DNA from: Octopus sinensis | Lineage: Eukaryota | NCBI RefSeq assembly: GCF_006345805.1 | Contig: NC_043001.1 | Coordinates: forward strand, 53,258,001-53,322,000 | Reading direction: 5' to 3' | Length of the DNA stretch: 64,000 nucleotides | In this document: piece by piece, positions 24,880-37,639 of the stretch | How the letters are laid out: each line of letters starts with the position of its first letter | Position numbering within the stretch: position 1 is the first letter of the stretch | The notes under the pieces: model-generated | Databases searched by the model: none | Told to the model about the DNA's origin: nothing | Seen by the model: only the letters and a program-made list of their open reading frames with translations | Translations under genes and position numbers: made by a program

Positions 24880-27570
24880 CTTAAATGTTCAGAACTCTCA
24901 CCACAAGACGTTTCTAAGTCCAAGTGTACCGGAAAGTATTACACCTCTCTTCAGATGGCCTCCATTTTATTAGCAACCAACTTCATTTCGCATCTCTCCT
25001 GAAGGTTAAAATATGGAACTGAAAAATTTAATATTAGACGAAGAACGCATTTAAGAATACATAATCATTCGTTCAATGGCATCGCCCACAATAAATCATA
25101 AAAATGCAAGGATTTAATAAATAAGCTTTAATAACCAACTAGCAGAGACACACGGCGTTGCTCGGGGTGAAAATGGCAAAGTTTGTATATAATATATTGC
25201 AGTTATGTTGAAACAGGTGATATGGGAAATTGAAGCAGTGACAACAAAACATTTGTGGAGTAAATGATGGGCTAATTCCACTAAGCAACATGCTATGCGT
25301 CCGTTTGGAGCATTCAGGCCCTAACCTGTGGGGCCTATGTGATGTTTTAACGCACCGAAAAGCTGTCAGTAGATATACTCTCTTTTGCAGCAGTCGGTGT
25401 TGTGTCTCACACGACCCGTCATCTGAAATGCTGACACCTCCTTCGGGTTTGTTGTCCTACATCACCCATTAAGTAAATTTGGAGGAACTGTAGTTGTTCA
25501 TTTCTGGGTAACAGGGAACCAATGATGTGATAAACTTGCCCTTGAACTCTGACGTCGTCGTAAATTCATGTTTATCTATCTTCTTATATGCACCAAACGA
25601 TGTCATTTGCAGAGTTATATTGCCTGATACTGTTCAAAGAAACCTTTGACTGAATGGAAATGCCTTGTAGAAGATCCATAAGAGGTTGAGAAGGAGCTGG
25701 TAGTGCTGGCAATGTTACCTGACCGCCTGAGCAGCACATACCCTTTGCTTCATTTACAGAAAAGATAATTTATGCTCAGCACACTAATTTGGACGGAGTC
25801 ATTATTTTTATAAGAATAGGATGGATCATATCTGAAAAGAGCTTCAGGATTTGTGAAGAACGAATTTGTACGTAGTCTGTTTCTGTGAGCTATTCTTTTG
25901 GACCTCTGTCTAATCATTAAAACATTGATTTAATGATCAGCATTAAGTGCTGCAACATGCATTTGCTGATGTTGAGAAAATCTCATCTAGCTTCTCTCTT
26001 CAGACTCTTGCCTTCGGTTTTTTACAATCCTCCTTGCTTTATACTTGTTTCTTGAGAGATTAGGTCCTTTCTTTGGTGGCATATTTTTCCCAATATTGTA
26101 AACAAAAAATTATGAACATAGAAAGAAATTATACATTAATCCATATTTTTGTAAGCAGTTGTATCCGTGAAAATTTTATTTGAAGAAATCAGAAATTGAA
26201 AGAAGAGAAAGTGAAATGAACAGAGAAAGAAAGTGAAAGATGTATGTGAATCTATATGAAATGGACATGTGTATGTGCGTGTTGGCGCGCGCGTGTGTAC
26301 GTGAGAGAGAAAGAAGGTGAGAAAGTGAGATAGAGTGAGTGAGTGAAGGTGTGTGTCGTGATGATTGAGGTATTTTAAGGTACACACACATATAGAAAAC
26401 GTGACGTCATCGTATAAAATTTTTACGATAGCTGTTTTATGGAAAAGATTATTTGAAATGCAAATATGTGAATAGAAATTAAGTTTAATTTGTAGCCAAA
26501 ATAGTACTGAATCTTTTGATACCCCATACGTCAAAATTTGTAACTAGGTTTTGAATGTATAACGGATATATAGGACAGTATGTCACATAATAATACAGTC
26601 GTAAGACCTGGTAGAAATAGCATCCAAATCTCCCTCAAAACACCCTACTGTGTTCATCCGACAATCCTACCTATTATGTAATTTGAATGAGAAACTGTAA
26701 CTAAAGATGAAGATTATTAACCCCACAGAGAGAGGAAGGAAGAGAGACAGCACAGCGGCAGTTTTCGTTGACTGCCATCCTGTACGCCCATTCTTGATAG
26801 CGAAATGGTATGTGCCGACTGTCTAAGCAAATGATTGTTTTAATGGTGGAACAAACAAGACATTAACGATTACAGAAATAGCGATTCTCACTTTGAAACG
26901 AACGATTTTGAAAATCGTTTTAGATGGTTAAAATTTCAGCGTGATCGGATGAAAAATACTCAAGTTATAAGTGAACAAACAGACAGACAGAGAGGACAGA
27001 TTTTATATATTAAGATAATACTTGCCCTGCCTCTTCTAATGCAGTCTTCAATTTTTCTGACATGTTTCTTGATGCTGCTATTTTTTTTATCTATGTGCTG
27101 ACATATCATATGGTACCTTGAACATTTGATATGTCTTCTGTATTTTTCAGACACTATAGGAGCTCATCAGTACTGATAGTTTCAAATACGATCGACCCAA
27201 ACTTATTTTCATTTTTAAAATCTTTCAGAGTATTAACAATAGATTCAGCGGTTGTATGTTTTTGTAATGACTGACGAAACAAAAAAAATTGTACTGTTAA
27301 GATCATACCGTATGAATGCATACAAATCCACATTGAAATGCCCGATATTTTCATGAAATGATAAAGAATATAAATAACATACATAAAGTCGTTTACTAAC
27401 TTAAAGTTAACGTTAACAATCATATCTTCTATTTGCTGCCTCACAATGTTGTATGATAATGGAATGATAAAATCGCATGCTATTTTGTCACAGTTTATTC
27501 GAAAGTCATTGGCAGCAGGCTGTATGCTTTCGAGTGTGGATTCCACACTGTGCCACTAAAGACATACTAT
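24880..27570 (-). mobile_element. hAT (Charlie/Buster-like) transposase relic split by the Helitron at 25139-27015
   Basis: IIPLSYNIVRQQIEDM, FFLFRQSLQKHTTAESIVNTLKDF, ISTDE, ASRNMSEKLKTALEEAGQV; the frame resumes after the Helitron as LVIKAYLLNPCIF. Confidence 0.7.
25139..27015 (-). mobile_element. Internally deleted Helitron retaining the RepHel N-terminus
   Basis: 5' A|TCTTAATATATAAAA at 27015; 3' GAGCAACGCCG..CTGCTAG|T at 25139; GMCCSGGQVTLP...SIRQYNS..MTSFGA..RVQGQVYHIIGSLLP..FLQIYLMGD at about 25430-25790. Confidence 0.88.
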
Positions 27571-28683
27571 CCAATGGAAACACAACACTTTTTTATACTC
27601 ACAGATAGCTACTATGTTTTTTGATTTTTTTACATATTAATTTTTCTCGTGAAGGTACTTCGTGCTGTCTTTAATACTCTTCAACCCTTTTGTTTATTTT
27701 TTGATATACTTCGTTTCTAAATGTCACCGAAATTTGTCTAGTTTCATAATTTCTTTCGATAAGTTATAATACAGAACATAGTGTAGCTTCATTTTATTTT
27801 CATTAGAGCTGTATTTAAAAATAAAGAATCTGTACTGATCACAGTATTTATAAAATAAATACCCTGTACTTCTATTATTTCTCGTTTAAATATTTGACCC
27901 TTGCTTTACTACTAAGTGCATTATATGTACATATTTACAAATAATTATTTTCGGTCATACACTGATCTCCAGAGAATAATTCACAAAGATTACCCAACTA
28001 TACCATGATCGATGGTATAGTGAAAAGCTCATCCTACCTGTGTACAATGAACAGACATCTATTTTCCTCACGCTTTTTTAAACAGTAAAATATGATAAGA
28101 GAGATAGAGAGAGGGACAGAGAGAGAGAGAGAGAGAGTGAGGCAGGTAGAGATTGAAATGCAGGAGTAATTTCTAGTATGCCAGATGACACGTGCAATCT
28201 TCCTTCCATTTATCGAAGCGGAATATCGGAATATACATACATGAACATGGTTTTAATCTGGATATATTTATGACTTCTTACACTGTGTAACACGCTTTTT
28301 GTATTTCGGTAGCAACCGATATTTCCCATTTGCTTAATCCTAGAAAGTATGAAAAATGACAAACTTTTTCTTCAAAATATTGTCTTTGTTACATTTATTC
28401 AAACCACAAACAATTCCTATCAACACACGGTTATGAGGCTTCCACATTTCTCCTGCTCATGATTCGAGGTGCTCATATTGTGAGCTACTAAAGGACATCA
28501 TACTCAAGTGGTTACGGTCAAGCAACTGACAAGCAAAACTGTAATATTGAGCAGAATATTTACACTAACAATATTACCTCTTCAGCAACACAGTGCGGAA
28601 TCTGTGTAAAAAGCAATGGGGAGCAGGTCAAATTTAGATCAGTTTCAAAGAATTGATGTCCACATCACAAAATCACAGTTTAA

Positions 28684-28901
28684 CTCCTTCGGTACTATAT
28701 TTCTGTTGAGATGCTCTTCATTTCTGTCAATTACTTTAAATATAACCTAAAATTTAGTAAAATAACTTACTTAGTAAGCTAGTGTTAGGAACATGAATTG
28801 AGACTAAGGTTTGGAGGAAGACTTTAATTCAGAACACATGAAAACAAGACATTTCTATTACAGGGCCAGAGCCGGTTTCAGCTAGGTTGGCATCAAAAGG
28901 A
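28684..28901. mobile_element. piggyBac-type MITE
   Basis: TTAA|CTCCTTCGGTAC ... GGCATCAAAAGGA|TTAA: TTAA target on both sides and imperfect short TIRs. Confidence 0.7.
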
Positions 28902-31115
28902 TTAAAAGAAATAGTAGATATTTCCTTTAATTTCTACATCGAAGCAAGTAGGAAATATCACTTACTGACCAAAGACAAAAAAAATAAAAGAATTAAAGTT
29001 TCCTTACGCATTGATATTATCTCATACTTATGGTTTTTGCCAATCATATTATTACATTAAATACATTTCTCCAACACAACACTCATTATGTACGGTAACA
29101 CAAATAGTTAAAGCAAGCTTATCTCTGAGTTTTCAAATAAGCATATGCTGCCTATCCTTGTTAGAAAATATAGTTCGCCCCGATACATCTGTAATTGAGA
29201 GAGCTGATCTTGTTTCCCAAAACCAACCATCTACGCAACGTTTCACGTCACTCGCTGAATCTAAAAATACCCACACTGAATTACTGCTCGCTGCAGTGCT
29301 ACACTAGTGTAAAATTGAGACCAGATGATACAATAATTTAGAATAAGCCCCACACCACAACGAACTATCAAAGTGTTACGGACGTTACATGAGATAGATC
29401 ATCAAAATCAATGCTCTTCCTACGACTCTTTAAGGAGAGATTTAGTATATTGCCTCTAACGAAATTTCCTTATTTATTAATTCACTGTAGAAAAGGCTTT
29501 TGAAAAATGTTCGCCGCCCAGTCTAACAGTGAGACACAGCAGGCACAGCTCGTTTCTGCATGAGAAATGGAGAACGTCGGCAATTACCACAACCATAACG
29601 ATTAAGGATCCTGTGTCATCACTCCTGTACATTTCGTTCTTATAGCTTAGATTGAAACTTGTAATTTATTCGCAATCCTCTGGGAAAGTTTCTACTTAGT
29701 CCTGGCTTGGAGATTCGTCGTCCTCTTCTCTCGGAAGTTCTTGTGAAATCTATCGAAATCCATGCCGTCTTGGGCAGGTGGGTGTTTAAAATGAGAACAT
29801 TAGTTATGCGAATTGCTACATGGGCTTATAGTGCTATTTAACATCTATTAAAAGGGAAAGTGTCATGTACTCTTCGAAATGCTTATTATTGGCTGAATGC
29901 CATTTACTTTGTACTGAGAGAAGGGATTGTTCAAACACAGCTGCATCTTGTACACTGAACTTGTACTTAGTATCACCGTATAACCAGATACAACATATAG
30001 TACCCAAACTTGAACTTGACTCGGATCCTGAGTTCCTGCGGATTGTTAAAATATATGTCAATGCAATAGAGTTTGGGAGATGCATGTTGTGAAAGACGAT
30101 ATTCACTGTGTTTGACAACATCATGGTTAAAAGGATTGGCGCTAACGCAAAACATTTGGTGTTCTGAAACATCAGTTGTCGCTTATGTGTCATCAATTGT
30201 AGAATATATACCCTGGAATCACTATTTTAGGCCATAATCTTGTCAGCATATCCAAACTTATTCATTATTTTTCAGTGCGACTAACAGCATCAATTACTTT
30301 CAAAAGTTCATTTAGAGAAAATACGTCCTCGTACAACACTTTTCCTGATCTTTGCGTAATGCAAAAACTGTGCATCTGCACAATAATCTTGTCTACTTTC
30401 ACATTGTCTCTTAGAATGAGGACCTTGTTCATTGGGAACAAATAATCGGTTTCAATGTTTTTAGGACGACGTTCTTCCCAGTTATTGGAATAACTTATTC
30501 TTATTTCTTTTATGGGTTGGAAATGTCCTGTTGCAAATAATTTTCGAATAAAATAAAAGAGTTCTTAGAAGCCTCTTCAATGGTTGCTAGGTGAAAATAT
30601 ATTCTTGAAGTAATTAAAAATATTCCCTCTCTATATAAAATACTCTACTTTAAAATAACCAGCCTTGAAGAGAAATAGAAGTTCATTATTTTCTGCTATT
30701 CTCATAGTATAAATTGAGAAACTTCGTAGAACCTGAAACACATTATTAATTTTTTTTTTGCCCAAAATAGCATTAAAGTCTGCAACCCACTTACGTATAA
30801 GAGCACACCCGTGTATATTTATATTTATGCATATTTGTGTTTATGTGTATTTCGTGTTCGTGTGTGTAATTTTTGAAGTAGTTTCTGAACAAGCAAGTGT
30901 TATATTCTCTTTCTAAATAATCAGTAGTAGAAACCTCCTCTTATGAAATTTTGTTGTATAAAATGTTATAAATCTGCAGCATCCTAGCCATAGATACATT
31001 TACACTGCGTCTGTTAAAACACTTTGCTTACTGTAAATGTCAGTCCGCCATTCACCGTTCACCTCTTTTATAATGTTTGCCCTGCCGATTCTCATTTCTT
31101 CTGTTTGTTTCTTAG

Positions 31116-31159
31116 CATTCACTTAATGGATGTTCGTTTCCGCTCAGGTCTACACGCGT
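31116..31159 (+). CDS. Candidate 44-nt exon (IHLMDVRFRSGLHA or HSLNGCSFPLRSTR)
   Basis: Acceptor TTTCTTCTGTTTGTTTCTTAG and donor GTAAGT; two frames are open. Confidence 0.28.
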
Positions 31160-32075
31160 GTAAGTAAAGCATGCTGCTCTTTGAACTTTCGACATACATC
31201 AGCTTAGTGTCGTTAAGATTCATTTCTCTATTTCCTATATCATTCTCAACTGCATATTTTATGTAACAACTTCCAAGTAAATATGCGCATACATATATTT
31301 CTACATATGGCTAGATACCCGAATACAAATACGCGTATACACACGTGTATGTTTTTCTAGAATTACCAGCTCAGTTTTCGGCTTGTATATTTTTACACTT
31401 TGTGTTTTATTTTACTTTTTGTCTACAATTAATGTATTGCACAACAAATTAGGAAAAATACTTTTAATAATCTTGAATATAAGTTGATATTTCAAACATA
31501 TCTTAAGTCAATTTCTATACACTTAACAAAGTACATTACAAAATTTGTAAACTAGCCCATATTAAAAGGTGAACTATTAATATACTAATAATAGAAATAC
31601 TTATAAAACAATATATTATATAGTTTTCTAATCAGAAGAGTGTTAAATTGTATTTCATTATTAGATATAAAGTAATTATAGAGAGGAAGTACATTTTGAA
31701 ACTTCAAGGCACGGATCGATAAAATTATATAATTCTTATCAAAGATACATCATTAACATAAAATTTAGTTAGAAAAGAGACAAGTCAGAGACACACAACT
31801 CACAAGAAATTACAACCAAAATTTTTAAAATGGTTAAAAGAAATTATTTTTACAGCAGGTATAATGTAATAATAATGACTGCAACTAACTTGTTAGGGGG
31901 GTTGCGATGAAATTAACTGATACATTATCAGAAAAAGGAGTATTAAAAAGTGAATAAAAATAAACTCAATGTACTATTCTAAGTATTTTTACGCCATGAT
32001 AAAACTGAAACAGACTCAATGCACTGTGGTTTCACAAGCAACTGTATTATATATATATATATATATTATATATAT

Positions 32076-32119
<44 letters not shown>

Positions 32120-32789
32120 ATATGTATGTATGTATGAATGAATGAAACTGTATAGTAATATATATTCTACGATTTGAAGCGACAATTTGGCCGAAAATGA
32201 TGAACTATCCCCAGGCAGAATGGAACCCACAAATCAATGCTAACATGGATCCTTGCGCATCCGTTTGGACCAAACGCTCACCCACACATTTCAGCCAAAT
32301 TTAATGAATATATACTTAAGCTATCTATTAATGTATATATAATATTTGTAAACAAACCAGAAAGGCTTTGTAAGTTTCGGAGAGAATGGTACTATGGGTG
32401 ACACATAGTATAGTAATAACTGTATAATAATATATCCTAATAATATATATATATTCTCTGATTTGAAGCGATAGTTATTAAATATGAGTCTTCTACAGCA
32501 GCTTTCTCTCTGTAACTTATTATATATATTATATATTATAAATATTACAAATATTATATATATCCAAGACTATCCATTGGATCACCTGGAAACTCTGATT
32601 GTGTTGATCCCATGCCATGACATTCATTACACATGTGAGTATTCTGTATGTGCGTATGTGTGTTGAGGTCGCCAAACAGAAATGTTTTTCTTTCAAGAAA
32701 TAACAAACAACAATTATGATTAATCGTTTTTGTTAATAAATGAAGGTGCAAATATCACAAAACTTCACACTGCACTGCATAAAGTGATT

Positions 32790-33180
32790 ATGAAAATACA
32801 TATGTAAAAAAATGTGGTAGACCAAACTGCACAACATGCCCAAACCTTCAAAGAGGAACAAAAATTCAAGATCAAATCAAATTTTATTTGTGCTTCAGAA
32901 AACATAATTTATGTCATAAGATGCTCGGTCTGCCACCAAAACTACGTAGGGTCCACGGGATTAACACTCAAGACGCAGATGCACTCTGCATCGACAACAG
33001 ATTGCATTCCCAGAATACAGAATGATACCTTTTAGTGAACATATTGAGAAATGCGCAAAGCAACTACTACCAAAATGTTTAATCTTTCCCTTCTATCAAT
33101 GTGCTATTGGAACACCAACACAAATTAGATTAAACAAGGAAACATTCTTCATTGAAAAATATAAACCAAAACTTAACCAT
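32790..33180 (+). mobile_element. Penelope-like element GIY-YIG endonuclease, frameshifted
   Basis: IKSNFICASENIIYVIRCSVCHQNYVGSTG...FSEHIEKC...RLNKETFFIEKYKPKLN. Confidence 0.88.
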
Positions 33181-33704
33181 CCTAACATTTTCATACAAAG
33201 AAACTCATCTCACTGAAAACAAAGAAAAAATATACAGCAATTATCTCCCTAATACCGGAAGAAATCCTTGATTACCTTCCTCTGCCTGGAACTCTTCTCT
33301 TCACTTCATAACGAAGACATGACACGATGTCGGTAAAGAAATTTGAGAATTTTGAAAAGTATTTACGAAACCGCTTATTTCTCCAAAAACTATGTTACGA
33401 TACACGAACTTTTCTAACGTTTTTCTAACGTAACGACTTAAATTTATTCTTTAACCTTATAACACAAGCCTTCTGTAGTTTTTTCATCCAACCACGTTCT
33501 TTCACACACCAACTTTCTTACCTATATATATATGTATATATATATATTATGGTGTCTCTTTACAACCGCAGCGGTAGGCTAATAAGTATTGTTGTCACTA
33601 GACTGACTGTGAGAGCTAGTTAGGACCAGAATTGTTAGAAATAAGAGTGAAAACAACTGTCAGCCAGCCAAGTGAGAGCACTTTTCTAACGACTGATAAT
33701 GAGT

Positions 33705-34210
<506 letters not shown>

Positions 34211-34472
34211 AATATATGTATATATATGGCTCATTATATATGTATGAGAATATGGTTATATTTAAATACATCTATGTCTATTTATATACGTATATATATA
34301 TATATATATACACATATACGTACTTACATACATACATACACACACACATACACACACACACACATATATATATACATACATATATATAAACATACATATA
34401 TATATAAAATGTGACAGGGTGTGTACCGTTGGCGATTTTTTTCCTCCGTCTTCCCTTCTTTCCTTTTCCTAT

Positions 34473-34508
34473 GTTTCTCACGAAGAGCTCCGCTCGAAAT
34501 GATAAACC
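34473..34508 (+). ncRNA. Degenerate minimal hammerhead in a PLE pLTR-like repeat
   Basis: GTTT-CTCACGA-A-GAGC-TCC-GCTC-GAAA-TGAT-AAAC; same layout as 7402-7439. Confidence 0.6.
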
Positions 34509-35916
34509 GTCCTTCTTTCCTTCTTTCCCGAGCGTCCAATAACACTATACTTGTTCCACCTCCTCGCGTTGTTGTATTTTCTCTTTGTGTTTTCATGTTT
34601 GGATTAACTTTATATATAGAGAGCGAGTTAAGGACGTCCGATCGTCATTAAGGATTATCTAATCCAAAGAATTCCACCGGTTTAATCCGTATCATATAAT
34701 GGTAAACTCATTGGTATATATTTAAGATTATTGAAATTTTCAATATTGAGGGAAATCGAGCAGAAAAAAAATGGTGAATAAATGGATTTAATTACTTATT
34801 TATTTGCATGTTGTAAAAAGATAGCATTATTCTTGGGAAAAAATATTAGAAATAAACACATTGATTGAAATTGGAAGTTGAAAGCTGAAAAATATGATGA
34901 AAAAATAAAGCAGAAAAAAGAATCTACATATATGTCGAATTATTTACTTGATGGGAATCTCGAAGCATATTCTTTAATGCCAAGGACGTTGCCACATTCA
35001 AACTACATTGTGGTAGAACTTCGTATGGGTTCAAAAGAAGCTGATGCAACTCAAGTCATCAGTTTATCTTTTGAGGGAGGTGTATAGTAGGTTCAGGTGA
35101 AAAGCTATGTACTGGCATTTTCCTTTGATTGGTAAGTTTTGAATATTTGTGAATATACTATACACAAAATATGATGATTAGGAAATAGATAAATAAATAG
35201 AAAAAGAAAAATGTGAATTTAGTATGCACATTCATTAAATATAATAATAATTCAGAGATGGCAGAACATAAATTAAAGTGAAATAAAATAAGAATAAAAT
35301 ATAATATAAAATCAAGTTACAATAAATTACATATAAGAAGAAACTAAAATCTATGAATGAGTATTGTTGGTTTAGTGAGATATACATATATGATATGGTC
35401 ATGACGGAGGATGGATGGAAGTTCGTAAAAAATGGGGTTATAATGCATGACTTATCGACCGTTATTGATTATGGTATGTAAATGCATATTTAAATACAGT
35501 TTGAGATTAATAAAACTAGACATTAGGATAGGAAATATCGAGTACATAGTGGCTGATACGTATTTTAAGTGAGCATATTTATGCAAAACTAAAGATGCAT
35601 ACGAACACATATATGCACACGGAGATGCATGTATACAGAAAAACAAACACATGCTTACACTTACACAAAATATATGGAGGCATATGCATATGGATACACA
35701 AACATATAGAGAAGCAGTTAGGACAACATGTATATATATAAACATACAATATACATCACTACATATCGATGTGTATGTGGTCATTGACGATTTAAAGTCT
35801 ACTTCTCAGTATATTGGGATAGAATGTTTTTCTTTTGCCCTTATTTATAATTGCTTATAATTTTCAATTTTAGAAGTATTTTAATATGCTGGCCATATTG
35901 AAAAAAATTATCGTAT

Positions 35917-35962
<46 letters not shown>

Positions 35963-37365
35963 ATGCAATCTAGTTGACTGTAGAGGGAAAACAGAGAAAG
36001 GATAGCAGAAAGGGATTTGGGGAATGAAAACGACGTTCTAATAGGTATGTAATTTATAGATAGAGCATTAATCTAAGAGATGCTTAAAAACAAATTTGAT
36101 TTTATATTAATAATACTAGGCAGTAGGAAAACATGTGAAAGACATCAGATTCTCATTCAAATATTGTTTACTATAAAGTAAGCTATTTACTAACTTGATA
36201 TGTGTATCGGGCATGATTATATTTTATATATTTTTTAGATTAACCAAAAGGAGGGGAAAGAAATGACGAATAGGTTTATAAATAGGCTATAGTTATTTAT
36301 ATTTAGTGTATAACAAATATAGCTGTTATGTTAATAGCTCTAGACAGTTAGAAAGTAGGAGGAGAATATATCGAGGTTTAGATTAAAAATAAATTGTTAT
36401 AAGGAAGATATTTAGCAATTTTGATATGTGTAACGGGTGTGAAGTTAATATTTTGAAATAACAAAATACAGAAGGAAGAATACGAATACAGTGCACATAT
36501 TAAACAATCTAATTTGTACATTAATACGCCCATAAATAATAAATTGTATTCAAAATTCACAAGTTATTTCTCTTGTTTATTTTTAGACACAACACCCAAC
36601 TTTAACAAAATTACTTAACATATATCTTAATTTATTAGATATGTAACAAATCCAGAATTTACACCTAAAACTTTTGTTTTCTATATACTCAAACTGGTGC
36701 ACACCGACTTTTATTAACAAATATATATGGATAATAATCATCATCTTCATATGTTCTTTTCTCTAATTCTTTAATCTCGAATCTGTATTAAATGTGCATT
36801 TAATACCCTAATCAATAACGGTCGATAGGTAAGTCCCAGTTTTCATGCATTACAGCCCCTTCTTTTACAAACTTCCATCCTCTATCATGATCATGTAATA
36901 CATGTGTCTCTCACTAAACCAATAAAAATCATTCATAGAGAAGTGATGTTTCCTTTCTGCGTTCACGATAGTTTGGTATACCAGATTCTTTCGTTTTCAA
37001 TAATGCTTCAATTTACATTTTCTTTAACTTTGCAATCGCAGAATTTGTTCAGAATATCCTTGGAATAAACGTTGTGTGGTTATTTGCGGTTGTTTCCCCT
37101 TGACAGTCTAAACTATAATTTTTACATTCACTCGTGCCGGATATATTATTTGTGCTCTTTCTTGGAGAAATATTAATCTAAATGATTGTCATGAAAACAA
37201 TCTGATTTTGCAATATGAATTGAAGATAAATATCTAAATAAATTCTTACTCAACAAACATTAAAATCCTATAAATATATTTTTAACTTTATCACTGTATT
37301 TATTAGAAGTGAAGTATTTGTATTTATATTCTTATTAATATTAGATGATTATTTCCCTTACATAT

Positions 37366-37476
37366 AATTACGGCCATATCACGTTGAAAGCACCGGTTCT
37401 CGTCCGATCACCGAAGTTAAGCAACGTCGAGCCTACTTAGATGGGTCACCGCTTGGGAAACCTAGGTGCAGTAACC
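37366..37476 (+). pseudogene. 5S rRNA-derived copy with an internal deletion
   Basis: TACGGCCATATCACGTTGAAAGCACCGGTTCTCGTCCGATCACCGAAGTTAAGCAACGTCGAGCC-[about 7 nt missing]-TACTTAGATGGGTCACCGCTTGGGAA; T6 run about 15 nt downstream. Confidence 0.88.
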
Positions 37477-37639
37477 ATAGCACAGTTGTTTTTTGACCGA
37501 TAGAATAAGTACTGGGCTTACAAAAGAATAAATCCCGGGGTCGAGTTGCTCGATTAAAGGCGGTGCTCCAGCATGGCTGCAGTCAAATGACTGAAACAAG
37601 TAAAAGAGTAAAAGAGAGTAAAAGTATATATATCATCAT

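Noticed and set aside
29830-30560. hAT C-terminal (dimerisation) relic on the minus strand
   Set aside because: Only loose echoes (ANPF, LGTICC); not enough motif support to annotate.
37366-37476. Functional 5S rRNA gene
   Set aside because: Internal deletion, 3' substitutions, and a solitary copy among TEs.
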